Part shown: positions 46,188 to 56,727 of the stretch, one piece after another
Layout: each line of letters begins with the position of its first letter
Numbering within the stretch: the first letter of the stretch is position 1
Assembly: GCA_016199805.1 (NCBI GenBank)
Contig: JACQGC010000018.1
Span: 5,219 to 69,218, forward strand
Source of the DNA: Candidatus Nomurabacteria bacterium
GTDB taxonomy: Bacteria > Patescibacteriota > Minisyncoccia > Phycocordibacterales > UBA9973
Length of the DNA stretch: 64,000 nt
Direction of reading: 5' to 3'
Program-made: the position numbers and the translations under genes
Notes under the pieces: generated by a model
What the model was told of the DNA's origin: nothing
The model's database searches: none
What the model saw: only the letters and a program-made list of their open reading frames with translations

Positions 46188-46733
46188 ATGGGGATAGACG
46201 AAAATGTTGGACGAATAGTTTTTTCTTTCGCGAGGGATACACCTTGGGAAGAAATCAGCCACGAGTTCTATGAGCCCTTTCTTGCTCTTCCTCCGGAGAA
46301 GCGCGGGAAAATATGGGCAGATTTTGTGCGTTCCGGCTGTGGGGTTCGGACTATCTCTGTTCCAGACACAGAGATTTTAAAAGTCAGAAGAATAATTACC
46401 AATGTCAGGGATTTGGAAGAATGGCAGCACCCCGCGCAGACCATAGGCGCTGTAAAAGGCCACATGATTTACGACTTCTTGGAAAAAAGTAAAATGCTGG
46501 ATAGGTGTATTAACCTGACCAGCCTGAAGTTGATTCAGGCCAAGGGACCCTCCTTTTACCGCCACTACTGGGCCGGAAAAAAGATTTTCGCCTGGAAGTC
46601 GGTTAGACCCAGGAGCCCAAAAAGCAAGTTACGGCGCGCCCCATTTCTCTGTGAGTGCGGTGATAAGATTTTGCTGGATTATCGCTTTCTGGATGACAAT
46701 TGGCCCAGCGACAGCCCTGCTTTGATGTATTGA
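46188..46733 (+). CDS. hypothetical protein
   Basis: 181 aa, slightly GC-enriched, followed by a terminator. Confidence 0.45.
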   Translation: MGIDENVGRIVFSFARDTPWEEISHEFYEPFLALPPEKRGKIWADFVRSGCGVRTISVPDTEILKVRRIITNVRDLEEWQHPAQTIGAVKGHMIYDFLEKSKMLDRCINLTSLKLIQAKGPSFYRHYWAGKKIFAWKSVRPRSPKSKLRRAPFLCECGDKILLDYRFLDDNWPSDSPALMY

Positions 46734-46750
46734 AGATTATCTGTTTTTTG

Positions 46751-46797
46751 GGTCTGGTGAGCTATTAAGGCGCGCCAGACCTTGCTGTATGTTTTTT
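46751..46797 (+). terminator. hairpin GGUCUGG...CCAGACC plus U-tract
   Basis: 7-bp stem, GC loop, then TTGCTGTATGTTTTTT. Confidence 0.5.
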
Positions 46798-46816
46798 AAA
46801 TTGTTAAAATGTATGT

Positions 46817-47227
46817 ATGGGAAATAATAATGTTAAAATTTTCATTGGAATAATCGGTCTTTTGATTCTGGGCACAATTGCCGCAGTATTATTGCAGTCA
46901 AACAGCACCCCTCCGGGGCCAGGCAAATATGATACTTTTGCGACTTGCCTGAAAGACAAAGGCGCCGTGTTTTACGGAGCTTGGTGGTGTCCACATTGCC
47001 AGGCTCAAAAGAAAGCTTTTGGTTCTTCCGCTAAATACTTGCCTTATGTCGAATGCTCTACAGCTGACGCGACTGGACAGTTGCAAGTATGTACAGATCA
47101 AAAAATACAAAGCTATCCGACTTGGAAACTGGCCGATGGTACTATTATTCCCGACGATTCACCAGATGGAGCCGGAGTGAAGCTTGAAACCTTGGCCGCC
47201 AAGACGGGCTGCGTGTTGCCACAATAA
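46817..47227 (+). CDS. membrane-anchored thioredoxin-fold thiol:disulfide oxidoreductase
   Basis: TM, then WCPHC active site (CxxC) and a second Cys pair. Confidence 0.7.
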   Translation: MGNNNVKIFIGIIGLLILGTIAAVLLQSNSTPPGPGKYDTFATCLKDKGAVFYGAWWCPHCQAQKKAFGSSAKYLPYVECSTADATGQLQVCTDQKIQSYPTWKLADGTIIPDDSPDGAGVKLETLAAKTGCVLPQ

Positions 47228-47229
47228 AT

Positions 47230-47306
47230 ACCTGTCCCGTACTAAATTTCACCTAAAAACAAATGACCACTATTATTAACAATTTAAAATTTTAGTACTG
47301 GGATGA
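47230..47306 (+). repeat. bipartite stem-loop element (copy 2) between the thioredoxin-like and DsbB-like genes
   Basis: Same end sequences as 5148-5257, including the ...tagtactgggATGa start-codon context. Confidence 0.45.
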
Positions 47307-47854
47307 ACCCTGTCACCATTCACTATTTAAACGTTTCTCTGGGGTTTGGGGTTATCATTGCCCAGATTTTTTGTGTCGTGGCTTTATTTTTACTGTTTTT
47401 CGGACCGAAAAAGAATTTTTATCTTGATTTCATAAACAAGCATGTTCTCATTTTGGGGTTTTTGATTTCTTTTGTCTCCGCGGTGTTTCCCTTAGTCTAT
47501 TCCGAAATCATTCATTTTCTGCCGTGTTATCTGTGCTGGTGGCAGAGAGTTTTTATGTTCCCGTTGGTGCTGATGTTCGCAGTTGCTTTATGGGACAAAG
47601 ACAGAAAAGTGATTCGTTATGCTCTGCCACTGCTCTGTGCGGGTTTCCTTGTCTCTCTATATCAGAATTTTTTCTATTATTTTGGAGAAAGTTCGGCTTT
47701 ACCCTGCGACGCATCCGGAGTTTCCTGTTATCAGCACCTAGTTTCCGAATTTGGCGGGTACATTTCAATACCAATGATGGCGCTCACGGCCTTTTTTGCC
47801 TTGCTGACTCTTCTGGTTGTTGCTCATTTTTATGGAAAGAATAAAATAGATTAG
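47303..47854 (+). CDS. DsbB/BdbC-like disulfide bond formation protein
   Basis: 4 TM with paired Cys motifs (LPCYLCWWQR and C..SGVSC). Confidence 0.7.
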   Translation: MNPVTIHYLNVSLGFGVIIAQIFCVVALFLLFFGPKKNFYLDFINKHVLILGFLISFVSAVFPLVYSEIIHFLPCYLCWWQRVFMFPLVLMFAVALWDKDRKVIRYALPLLCAGFLVSLYQNFFYYFGESSALPCDASGVSCYQHLVSEFGGYISIPMMALTAFFALLTLLVVAHFYGKNKID

Positions 47855-47957
47855 AAGATTATTAATTAATTTCGCTTCGGCGGGAAAATTTTATGGGAAA
47901 AGGAAACAACGCATACAGAAAAGATGTGAAGAAGCCAAAGAAAGCTAAGAAGAAATA

Positions 47958-48389
47958 ATGGTTAAAAAAATTATTTTAATTCTTTTAGGGTTGGAAGTTC
48001 TCGCGGGGCTGGGGTTTTTGGTTGTGAATAAAAATAACCAAACGGCACGGCCCGTGACAGAAAATCCTATAAAAAACACAACAGAGTTCAGTAAAGAAAT
48101 TACATTGAGTCCAAGTGACAAAATTACTTTTTCCGATGGTTTAAGTGTAGTTTTGAAAGAAATTAACGATTCCCGTTGTCCGAAAAATGTGCAATGTATT
48201 TGGGCAGGGGAACTCGCGGGGACTTTTGATATATCAGGCGGTAAACTTACCACTCTTAAAGAAATTACTCTTGGAACAATAAACAACAAAAGTGTGACTT
48301 TAGATGGATACACTTTTTCTCTGCAAAACGCGACCGTAAATAAAATCACAATCCTTGTTCAATATGAGAAAAAAGTTATCCCCACTTAA
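47958..48389 (+). CDS. hypothetical secreted protein
   Basis: Signal peptide, 143 aa. Confidence 0.5.
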   Translation: MVKKIILILLGLEVLAGLGFLVVNKNNQTARPVTENPIKNTTEFSKEITLSPSDKITFSDGLSVVLKEINDSRCPKNVQCIWAGELAGTFDISGGKLTTLKEITLGTINNKSVTLDGYTFSLQNATVNKITILVQYEKKVIPT

Positions 48390-48483
48390 ATGATTGCTGG
48401 ACTCTTGTAAAATAAGGTATTATTAACTTAATTGTCATTAAAAATTAATTTTTTAAGTTGTGCTCGGCATGATTTTAAATCAT

Positions 48484-49233
48484 ATGCAAAATAAAAAAAT
48501 ATTCTATACAGTTCTGTTTGTTTTTGTTTTATTCGGTTTTGCTTCTATGGCGGCCGCATCGGTCACGATTAGCGGTACTAGTATCATCGGTACAGTCGGT
48601 TCTACTATAGATATCGGAGCTGGCAACACTCTTTTAATCCAAACTGTCGGGAACGCTCCTGTCACCATAGGCACCGGTCTGGTTACCTTGGGTGGTAATT
48701 TGAAAATTGTCGGTCTGGCTGGCAGTGGCACAAAATGTCTGCATGTGGACAATACTGGAGCGGTAGGTTTAGCTGCAGCGGATTGCGGCAGTGGTGGAGG
48801 CTCGCAACCTACGATTTTTAGCAGTGGCACAGCTGTTCAACAAGCAGTGGAGTGCGCGCATGGCACTGTCGGCACAGCCCAACTCTCCGGATTGGCGGCT
48901 GGTGCAAGTGGTGAAGTCACTCTTCAAACAGGGATTTCCGGTGATGTAAGGTGGCAAGGTATTTTACTTTCTGAAACAACTCAATTTACCGGCACAAACT
49001 TAACAGTCTCAATGGGACGCCCAGGTTCTACTACTCACGCCGAAATGACAAATGGAGTTAACTTTCCTTTAGGAGTAGGTTCTAGTGACACAAATTATTT
49101 CAGTACTCGTCCAATACCACCACAAATCACAAGTACTTACGGTGTTGTGTTAAATTTTGCTGTTACTTCCGGAAACGTCAATGCTTCCACTGGCTCTCTG
49201 ACCTGGGAAATGTGCGGATACAAAGCTCGCTAG
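48484..49233 (+). CDS. secreted hypothetical protein (KCLHV-motif family, paralog of 11405-12052)
   Basis: IDIGAGNTLLIQTVGNAPVTIGTGLVTLGGNLKIVGLAGSGTKCLHVDNTGAVGLAAADCGSGGG aligns with the 11.4-kb ORF. Confidence 0.7.
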   Translation: MQNKKIFYTVLFVFVLFGFASMAAASVTISGTSIIGTVGSTIDIGAGNTLLIQTVGNAPVTIGTGLVTLGGNLKIVGLAGSGTKCLHVDNTGAVGLAAADCGSGGGSQPTIFSSGTAVQQAVECAHGTVGTAQLSGLAAGASGEVTLQTGISGDVRWQGILLSETTQFTGTNLTVSMGRPGSTTHAEMTNGVNFPLGVGSSDTNYFSTRPIPPQITSTYGVVLNFAVTSGNVNASTGSLTWEMCGYKAR

Positions 49234-49251
49234 GTTTTACGCAAAAAATCT

Positions 49252-51558
49252 ATGAAAAAAAATTTAATCTTTTATTTTATTTTTATAATCTTGTTGGGAT
49301 TTTCCGTGAATGTCGGAGCTTTGCACGCCGGTGCGCCGATTGGTATGGGTCCCGGAGGGAAGGTGGATTTATTTGATTGGTATAATGCCACGGCCTCAGG
49401 TTGTTCGCCAAGTAGTCCTTTTCCGGCTTTGATGTGTGTAGGTGGCGCGGCAAGTTCCAAACCCCAAGGCGATACGTATTACTTTAGTGCGTGGCTTCCC
49501 AATGCATCCCAATTGCCCGTGACAACCGGACTACCTCTTGTGGGAACTTTTAACGATGGAACGTCTCAAAACTGTAATGGCAATTTGGCTCTTATGCAAC
49601 TAGCTGCGTTTGATTGGAGTAATAGAAATGCAAGTAAAATATCAGAAGTAAATTGTATGTCAGGGTATAGTCCTGGTTCAAATGTACCCGCCGGGTGGTT
49701 TGCTCATTGCACCAGTGGCGATGACGGAGTGGGAAATACCTGTGGTTGGAAGACACGTTCTCCACTTTCAAAAGGTGGGCTGATATATTTGCCTATGGAA
49801 AGACAAATTGGTAGTGGTGCTGCGTCGGCTCATGACTCTACAGTAATAGTATCTCCAGATTCAGGTGCTCATTGGTGCAATCCGTACACAGTTACCAATC
49901 GTGCTGGAAGTCCAGGATGCGACAGCAGTAATTGGTCTGCCACAGGGGACGCTCCAAAATGCGGAGCAGCCAGTGGAACATCCGGTGTACAATGCTTGGA
50001 CGCAGCTTATGCAGGAGGGATGATGTGGCACAATATGCCAGCATCAGTCAACGGAACACCAATTTATAATTGGAATTTTTATCAATACGGGCAGGACGGT
50101 TCTCTTCCCGCGAATATAGGAGGTGATTGCGACCCTGCAACATATACTTGCGCAATGCTTGATGACGGAAGTATCGCTCGTGTATTAAATACCGATTTAC
50201 CATCACTTGATGTGACAAAATGGCAGTATGTAGCAAGTACTGATGCACAATCAAATCCCACTTGGACTTCAACATTTACCAGCCGAAAGTCCGTTATTGC
50301 TTTTTCTCCGAACAGTGACAACGATTTAATGAAACCGCGAGGAATTCTTAGCGCACCGGTTTATATAAAAGAATTTAAATCTTATATTTTAACTGGGTTC
50401 AAGTATGGTCCAAGTAGGGTTGAGTTTTTATCTTCTCCTAGCGCATTTGGTCCATTTAAGCCTATTGGAATATTTCCCGGATATATTGGGTTTAATGCCG
50501 CAAATTTGGGTATAGGGTATACAGTGGTATCCACAAACCCGCCACACGTTCAAATAACAGTCGTGGCAGATGAAAAAAGTTTTGCTGGAGCAGGCGGCGG
50601 AGTGCCAACTTTCCAAAAATTTGACCTCGTGCTTGGTCCTCAGTATGGCGGTGTGGGAGATGTTCCGTCATATTTAGACACGAGTATGGGAAAAGTTAAT
50701 TCCGGATGGCAATTTACATCCGGGGAAGAGCCGGGAACATTCATTCGCAAAGGTCTTATTTGGGCTTTTGATTTTATGGACCATGGTGGAGTTACTGCCA
50801 GTACTTATCAATTCTTTCATGATGTTGCCAACGGCGGAGCAGTGATGTCACCATGTTTTACAGATGGGGCAACAAATTGCAATGATGGAATTATGGGTTT
50901 GAAGGGGTTAAGTTTACTTACGAATGGAATACGAATTCAAGATGGATATTCTGCACGCTATGAATCAAATATATCGGACATCAATAGAGGTACTACAGCG
51001 GGCAACCAGAATGCGCCTTCGGTTATGCAGGGAAATGGCACGTATTCCGTTGTTGGTATTTACAAACTGGACTCTATCGGATACACGACATCTTTGTGGA
51101 TAACAGGTAACCCATCAGACGGAAATGCATCAGTCGGTCTAACGACTCAGCAAACAACAGGCTATATGGGAATTGACTGGGGTAATGTTTATACTTTCAG
51201 ATGGGCTTACAGAAGTGCGTTTGCCCCTATAGCCGGGAATTGGTATTTTATGTCGGCTACAGTAACTGCTGGCAGTCCTCCCACTGCAAAATTATGGGTT
51301 GGTGGAGCGGTAACTCCCGGTGTGCTCACAGATGTAATATCTGGCGTCTCTAGGACAAAAAATGGTGGAACCCCTGCTACTGTTCCGGCAGTTTCAGCCG
51401 GACCACTTGTTCTTGAAAATGACGGTTCAGGACACATTCCAAATGCATCTTATGCTGGATTGATGCTTTACAATCGTGCTCTCAGTGATACAGAAAATCA
51501 ACAATTATATCAAAGCTTTAAAATTAAAATGAAGGAGAGAAACATTATTATTCAATAA
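49252..51558 (+). CDS. large secreted protein with a C-terminal LamG/concanavalin-like jelly-roll domain
   Basis: Signal peptide; 768 aa; C-terminal ...WYFMSATV...LWVGG...LMLYNRALSDTENQQLY typical of LamG_3. Confidence 0.6.
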   Translation: MKKNLIFYFIFIILLGFSVNVGALHAGAPIGMGPGGKVDLFDWYNATASGCSPSSPFPALMCVGGAASSKPQGDTYYFSAWLPNASQLPVTTGLPLVGTFNDGTSQNCNGNLALMQLAAFDWSNRNASKISEVNCMSGYSPGSNVPAGWFAHCTSGDDGVGNTCGWKTRSPLSKGGLIYLPMERQIGSGAASAHDSTVIVSPDSGAHWCNPYTVTNRAGSPGCDSSNWSATGDAPKCGAASGTSGVQCLDAAYAGGMMWHNMPASVNGTPIYNWNFYQYGQDGSLPANIGGDCDPATYTCAMLDDGSIARVLNTDLPSLDVTKWQYVASTDAQSNPTWTSTFTSRKSVIAFSPNSDNDLMKPRGILSAPVYIKEFKSYILTGFKYGPSRVEFLSSPSAFGPFKPIGIFPGYIGFNAANLGIGYTVVSTNPPHVQITVVADEKSFAGAGGGVPTFQKFDLVLGPQYGGVGDVPSYLDTSMGKVNSGWQFTSGEEPGTFIRKGLIWAFDFMDHGGVTASTYQFFHDVANGGAVMSPCFTDGATNCNDGIMGLKGLSLLTNGIRIQDGYSARYESNISDINRGTTAGNQNAPSVMQGNGTYSVVGIYKLDSIGYTTSLWITGNPSDGNASVGLTTQQTTGYMGIDWGNVYTFRWAYRSAFAPIAGNWYFMSATVTAGSPPTAKLWVGGAVTPGVLTDVISGVSRTKNGGTPATVPAVSAGPLVLENDGSGHIPNASYAGLMLYNRALSDTENQQLYQSFKIKMKERNIIIQ

Positions 51559-51576
51559 GGTGTATAATTATAAATT

Positions 51577-54033
51577 ATGAATAAAAAAATAATTTCTTTT
51601 CTTACAATATTTTTTCTGATTACAACAATGTTGAATTTTCTATTGTTTTTTACTTCGCAGCGTACATATGCTGTCATGACCGTAAATGCCTTGGTGGTAG
51701 GTGCTGGCGGCGGCGGCGGTGGTGCTGGCGGCGGCGGCGGTGGTGCTGGCGGTTATTTAGTTGATGCTACTCACGTTGTAACGGCACAGGCATACACTAT
51801 TACAGTTGGAGGTGGAGGTACAGGATCGACTGGTAACACGGCTACAGCTGGAGGCAATAGCGTTTTTGATACACTGACAGCTGTCGGTGGAGGTAAAGGT
51901 GCTGGGGCAGTTGGTGGTAATATCAATAATGGTGGTAACGGAGGATCAGGTGGCGGAGGATCAGGAGTAAACGGAGGTACTTCAAGCGGAGGTACGGGTA
52001 GTCAAGGTCAGAGTGGAGGTGGTAATGGAGGGTTTGCTGGAAGTGGTCCTGGAGGAGGAGGAGGAGGAGCATTAACAGCAGGAACTAGTGGGACATCCAC
52101 TACTGTAGCAGGAGTTGGAGGGAACGGTATAGCTAATAGCATTTCTGGCGTTTCAGTGACTTATGCTGGAGGAGGAGGCGGCGGAATGTATAACAATGGT
52201 ACCCCTGGTTCTGGTGGAGCAGGAGGAGGCGGAACAGGTACTAATCAGGGTCTCGGTGGCGGGAATGGAACTTCTAATACTGGTGGTGGTGGTGGTGGAG
52301 CTGGTAACACACAATCTGGAGGACAGGGTGGTTCAGGCGTCGTGATTATCGCCTACCCAACCGGATCACTTACAGCTACTGGCGGTACTATTACAACTAG
52401 TGGTGGAAATACCATTCATACTTTTACGGTTAGTGGTACATTTACCGTGTCATCTTCTGCCGCTACTTCTTACACCATCACTCCTCCATCGCCAGCTTCC
52501 GGTGGTGTAGGGAATGCCTCCGGAAATTTCACGGTCGCTGCAAACGGTCCGTACACTGGTAGTATGACACTTTCCGATGGCGGAGCTGGTGGAACTTTTT
52601 CCCCAACATCACTAACCTTTTCAAATTCTTCTTCGCAAACATTTACGTACACACCGTCTACTCTTGGAGTAAGAACAATCAGCACTGCCGCTTCTCCGGC
52701 CTTAGGAACTGATCAAAGTACCACATATACTTCTTTATCAACTGCCAAAGCTATCACTTTATTTAATTTTAATGGACTTGCCCCCACTGTGACTGGTGTA
52801 GTCACTGAAGGCTCTCACACCATAGCTCTGACGGTTCCATTTGGTACGAACGTCACGGCCTTGGTAGCGACTTTCACAACTACCGGAAGTTCAGTCGCCG
52901 TTGGAGCAACAACACAGGTAAGTGCAACTACACCAAACAATTTCACGTCTCCAGTTACCTATACCGTCACCGCTGCTGACAGCTCTACTCAACCGTATGT
53001 TGTTACAGTGACAGTAGCTCCGAATTCTGCTAAAGCCATCACGGCATTTAATTTCACCCCTCCGGCCACCACAGTCATAATTGACCAGGGGGATCATACC
53101 ATCAGCATGTTTGTTCCAAATGGTACAAATGTCACGGCTTTAGTTCCGACAACTATCACCATTACCGGAGCATCTGTCAGTCCAAACGTGGGTGTTGCTC
53201 AAGATTTTTCCACTTCAAAAATATATACTGTTACTGCCGCTGATGGTTCCACCCAGCCGTACACAGTTTCAGTGACGGTAGCCGCCGCGGTTCCACCCGT
53301 TTTGTTTCTTAGTGACACTATTCTCGCTCTGACTTCTCCGGTTGTTAATCTTACGGCTCTTACTGGTTCTGCAGCAGACTCCGTGACGGTAAATGCAGGT
53401 AACGTGGTTGTTGTCATTTCTTCCACTTATGGTGGCAACTTTAGGTTAACTTCACCAGTAGCAATGACAGTCACCGGAGGCACAATTTCTCAAACTTGTT
53501 CAACCGGAGTAGAAACCGAAACCATCACTCAAGTAAGTGGCACGGGCACATACACACTTACTCCGACTGGTTCCGCTTGCAGCGGTGGGGCAGTAGTAAC
53601 TCCATCCGGTGGCGGGGGATTGATTACTGACTATGTTCCGCCTGCAGTCACTCCTCCGGCAGCAGTAGACAATAATAACCAAAATGGAATATTGCCTCCA
53701 CCGCCGACAACCACCACAACTCCATCGATAGTCACTCCTCCGGCAACAATTCCAGTTCCTCCCGTTGTTCCTGTTAATCCTCCACAAACAACAGGAGGAC
53801 AAACGTCTTATAACTTTGGCCCGACCACTCTGAAGTTTTGGAGCCAAGGTGAAGGCGTCAAAGAATTGCAAAGATTCTTGAACAATGAATTAAAGCTTGG
53901 TCTAACAATAGATGGCAGATTGGGCTTAAAGACAATTACTGTCATAAAAAAATGGCAGAAAGCGCATGGACTCACTCCCGACGGATTGATTGGCGCCAAG
54001 ACCAAGGCTTTGATGAATAAGTTGGCAAAATAA
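51577..54033 (+). CDS. Gly-rich/Thr-rich cell-surface protein with a C-terminal PG_binding_1 domain
   Basis: Signal peptide; GGGGGAGGGGGGAGG tracts encoded by a 21-bp tandem repeat (51703-51750); Ig-like Thr-rich repeats. The C-terminal 60 aa are near-identical to the ORF at 10591. Confidence 0.7.
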   Translation: MNKKIISFLTIFFLITTMLNFLLFFTSQRTYAVMTVNALVVGAGGGGGGAGGGGGGAGGYLVDATHVVTAQAYTITVGGGGTGSTGNTATAGGNSVFDTLTAVGGGKGAGAVGGNINNGGNGGSGGGGSGVNGGTSSGGTGSQGQSGGGNGGFAGSGPGGGGGGALTAGTSGTSTTVAGVGGNGIANSISGVSVTYAGGGGGGMYNNGTPGSGGAGGGGTGTNQGLGGGNGTSNTGGGGGGAGNTQSGGQGGSGVVIIAYPTGSLTATGGTITTSGGNTIHTFTVSGTFTVSSSAATSYTITPPSPASGGVGNASGNFTVAANGPYTGSMTLSDGGAGGTFSPTSLTFSNSSSQTFTYTPSTLGVRTISTAASPALGTDQSTTYTSLSTAKAITLFNFNGLAPTVTGVVTEGSHTIALTVPFGTNVTALVATFTTTGSSVAVGATTQVSATTPNNFTSPVTYTVTAADSSTQPYVVTVTVAPNSAKAITAFNFTPPATTVIIDQGDHTISMFVPNGTNVTALVPTTITITGASVSPNVGVAQDFSTSKIYTVTAADGSTQPYTVSVTVAAAVPPVLFLSDTILALTSPVVNLTALTGSAADSVTVNAGNVVVVISSTYGGNFRLTSPVAMTVTGGTISQTCSTGVETETITQVSGTGTYTLTPTGSACSGGAVVTPSGGGGLITDYVPPAVTPPAAVDNNNQNGILPPPPTTTTTPSIVTPPATIPVPPVVPVNPPQTTGGQTSYNFGPTTLKFWSQGEGVKELQRFLNNELKLGLTIDGRLGLKTITVIKKWQKAHGLTPDGLIGAKTKALMNKLAK

Positions 54034-54035
54034 AG

Positions 54036-54644
54036 ATGCTGGGTTTTACCCAAAAAGAAAAAGCATTGTTCCAAAAATTAAACACCCCATCAAAAGTGCA
54101 AGATTTTTTGAACAGTTTGAAGTTTAATTTTGAAAGGGGCGGGGAGACATTAAAAAGCCCACTTTTTACTAGTAGGCATAAGAATGCGCATTGCTTTGAA
54201 GCTGCGCTCCTCGGGGCTTATATGCTCTCCCTGCAGGGTTTTAAGCCTTATTTGGTTCATCTAAAGTCTACCATAGAGGATTACGACCACGTGATTGCGC
54301 CTTTTAAAATAGGTGGATTTTGGGGAGCTTTATCCAAAACTAATCATGCTGTCCTGCGATACCGCGAACCAATTTACAAAAACATCCGCGAGCTGGCTAT
54401 GTCGTATTTTCATGAATATTTTTTAAATAGTGGAGAAAAAACCTTAAGGCAATATTCAGAATTATTTAATTTGAATAATTTAAATAAAGATTGGGTAACC
54501 AGAGAGGGGAACCTTTGGGATATAGATAAAAAGCTTGATAAAATAAAACATTATGACATTGTGCCAAAAGTTTATATAAAGAAATTGAGAAAAGCGGACA
54601 ACTTAGAAATTAAGGCGGGGAAAATTGTGGAATGGAAAAAGTAG
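54036..54644 (+). CDS. hypothetical protein
   Basis: 202 aa, soluble; a conserved Cys/His (AHCFEAALLGAY) suggests a possible papain/transglutaminase-like fold but this is unconfirmed. Confidence 0.5.
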   Translation: MLGFTQKEKALFQKLNTPSKVQDFLNSLKFNFERGGETLKSPLFTSRHKNAHCFEAALLGAYMLSLQGFKPYLVHLKSTIEDYDHVIAPFKIGGFWGALSKTNHAVLRYREPIYKNIRELAMSYFHEYFLNSGEKTLRQYSELFNLNNLNKDWVTREGNLWDIDKKLDKIKHYDIVPKVYIKKLRKADNLEIKAGKIVEWKK

Positions 54645-54685
54645 AGTATAATATAGAATTATTATTAGTTTAACACAAAAAAACC

Positions 54686-55066
54686 ATGCCCATTTTATTT
54701 ATTTTTGGTAGAGTTTTGTTCGGGGGTTACTTTATTATGAGCGGTTACAATCATTTCAGGCATCATCGCATGTTCACGGGCTATGCGCAGTCCAAGGGCG
54801 TGCCTTTGGCGCCGCTAGCCGTGTGGTTCACCGGTTTGATGCTCATCTTTGGAGGGGTGGGAATACTTCTCTGGGTTTACTTAAAATTTTCAATTATTTT
54901 ATTAGCTGTATTCTTGCTCGTGACGACTTTAGTCATGCATCAGTACTGGAAAGTCACCGACCAAAACATGAGAATGACAGAGCAAATCAACTTCAATAAA
55001 AACATGGCGCTTTTGGGTGCTTTACTTCTCTTTTTTTCTATTCCTCTGCCTTGGTCGGTTTCTTAA
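54686..55066 (+). CDS. DoxX-family membrane protein
   Basis: LFIFGRVLFGGYFIMSGYNHF..., 4 TM. Confidence 0.75.
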   Translation: MPILFIFGRVLFGGYFIMSGYNHFRHHRMFTGYAQSKGVPLAPLAVWFTGLMLIFGGVGILLWVYLKFSIILLAVFLLVTTLVMHQYWKVTDQNMRMTEQINFNKNMALLGALLLFFSIPLPWSVS

Positions 55067-56727
55067 TTGCCGAAAATATTTCCGAGCAATCTCATAAACC
55101 AATTCTTTTTTGGAGTTTCCGTCTGCGGTACTTCGGGAGCTGGTGTGAGCGCATTTATTACTGATGCGGTGTTTTGAGTGCTGGGATTATTTGCGACATT
55201 CATTGATTTTGGTTTAGGGTTTTTTGTTGCGCTTATTTCCGGGATGGGGGCGCTTTTTACTTTTACTAGTGGGGTTTCCGTGACTGCTGGCATTTCCGGT
55301 TTTGTAAAACTTTGCATTACCTGGTTCCAGCTTTTGCCGGAAAGGGCAGAGGTTACATAGGCGGTTTCCCAGGTTTTATTGGTAACGCTTTCATTTTTTA
55401 CTCCGCCGTCCGTGTCTTGGATTGTTGCCAAATAATCAGATGGAGTATTGCCATTTTTTGCCCAATCTTCCGGTTTTTCATTCATGGCCAATATTCCTTC
55501 CAGTGCCCAAGCGGTGGAAGAAGCATTGTCATTCCAGCTACCGTCATCTTTTTGATTTTGTTTTAAGAAATCTTCAGCCTTAGTTAAAGCATTTGGTATC
55601 TTTTCCTCCCCTGACAAGGGGAGGGCAGGGAGGGGTTGTATTTTATTGAACATTGCCAGCGCCTCTATCGCCGCGCCGGTCATATCCACAGAACCATCCC
55701 AAGAACCGTTTGTGTTTTGCTCGCTCAAAACAAAGGAGATGTCAGCATTTATCATTTGGTCATTTTGTGTGTAACCGGCATTTTGCAGAACAATCAATGC
55801 AAAGATGTCGTCATTGTCTTGGTTTGCATCTCCGAATTGTTTGCCGTCGAAAGAATCGGTTATTTTTTTGATATAATTTTCGCCGTTGGTGTCGTATGGG
55901 TTGAGTCCGAGCGACATCAATGCCATAGCATGTCTTTCATAATCGGTTATATTTAAAGCTGTGATTTTTGAAATCCCAAAATATTTTATCAATTTCAATA
56001 CCTGCGCCTGATTGTTTCCGGAAGCCAGAGATAAAGCAGCCCAGTCGGTGTATAAATCGGAACCCCAAGACCCGTCGGCGTTTTGTTGTGCAATCAAAAA
56101 ATCGTAAGCTTTTTGTGTGTCAAAAGCTAGCTTGGCGGGTGGTGTAGCTGGGGCTGTTATCGTAGGTGAATCGGTAGTAGTGGGGTTTGTATATGTAATA
56201 AGCGGACCTCCGCCACTACTTACGGGGATTAATGAATTAATGTGAAGTATTACTTGGTCGCTTGCAGTGCTGCCAGGAGCCCAATTATCAATCTTAAAAA
56301 TTATCGTATCTTGCGCCACCACTGGCAGGGAAGAAATACCAAGCATAGAAAAATTATCTGGCGAAGTTCCATTTTTATATATTGCCCAATATTGGCTAGA
56401 TGGATCAGGCACAACGTCATTAATTGAGTCAATCTGTAATCCAAGACCCGGAAAATTTGAAAATTTTGCACCCAAAACCGAAGAGCCGTTTTTTGTTGCA
56501 GCATCAAATGCACAAATAGCTAGATAAGAACCCATAGAAGTTGTTTCTGGGTAACTATATACTACTCCATTCTTGTCGGTTACTGTACAGCTGGCTGGTA
56601 CATCTATCATTATGTCAATGTTTAGCGGTGCCGCATGCGCTGTGCCAAAAAAACCAAGAACCATAAAACCTAGCAACACTATTTTAAAAATTTGATTTTT
56701 CATATTTCCAGGAGACCATGTCCCCAA
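55063..56727 (-). CDS. secreted prenyltransferase/squalene-oxidase-repeat (alpha/alpha-toroid) protein; transcobalamin alpha-domain-like
   Basis: Signal peptide; repeated QxxDGSWG motifs (DGSWGSD, NGSWDGS, DGSWNDN) characteristic of PFTB/terpene-cyclase repeats. Confidence 0.7.
   Translation of the reverse strand: MGTWSPGNMKNQIFKIVLLGFMVLGFFGTAHAAPLNIDIMIDVPASCTVTDKNGVVYSYPETTSMGSYLAICAFDAATKNGSSVLGAKFSNFPGLGLQIDSINDVVPDPSSQYWAIYKNGTSPDNFSMLGISSLPVVAQDTIIFKIDNWAPGSTASDQVILHINSLIPVSSGGGPLITYTNPTTTDSPTITAPATPPAKLAFDTQKAYDFLIAQQNADGSWGSDLYTDWAALSLASGNNQAQVLKLIKYFGISKITALNITDYERHAMALMSLGLNPYDTNGENYIKKITDSFDGKQFGDANQDNDDIFALIVLQNAGYTQNDQMINADISFVLSEQNTNGSWDGSVDMTGAAIEALAMFNKIQPLPALPLSGEEKIPNALTKAEDFLKQNQKDDGSWNDNASSTAWALEGILAMNEKPEDWAKNGNTPSDYLATIQDTDGGVKNESVTNKTWETAYVTSALSGKSWNQVMQSFTKPEMPAVTETPLVKVKSAPIPEISATKNPKPKSMNVANNPSTQNTASVINALTPAPEVPQTETPKKNWFMRLLGNIFGN
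55605..55624. repeat. palindrome CCTCCCCTGACAAGGGGAGG inside the - strand CDS
   Basis: Same family as 139-240. Encodes PLSGEE in-frame. Confidence 0.6.

Noticed and set aside
47893-47958. 21-codon ORF MGKGNNAYRKDVKKPKKAKKK
   Set aside because: Too short, no Shine-Dalgarno, lysine-rich low complexity; cannot be supported from sequence alone.
51700-52350. Possible CRISPR-like or tandem DNA repeat in the Gly-rich region
   Set aside because: The repeats are 21-bp GGN-codon tandem units inside a continuous ORF encoding Gly tracts. There is no repeat/unique-spacer periodicity and no cas genes.
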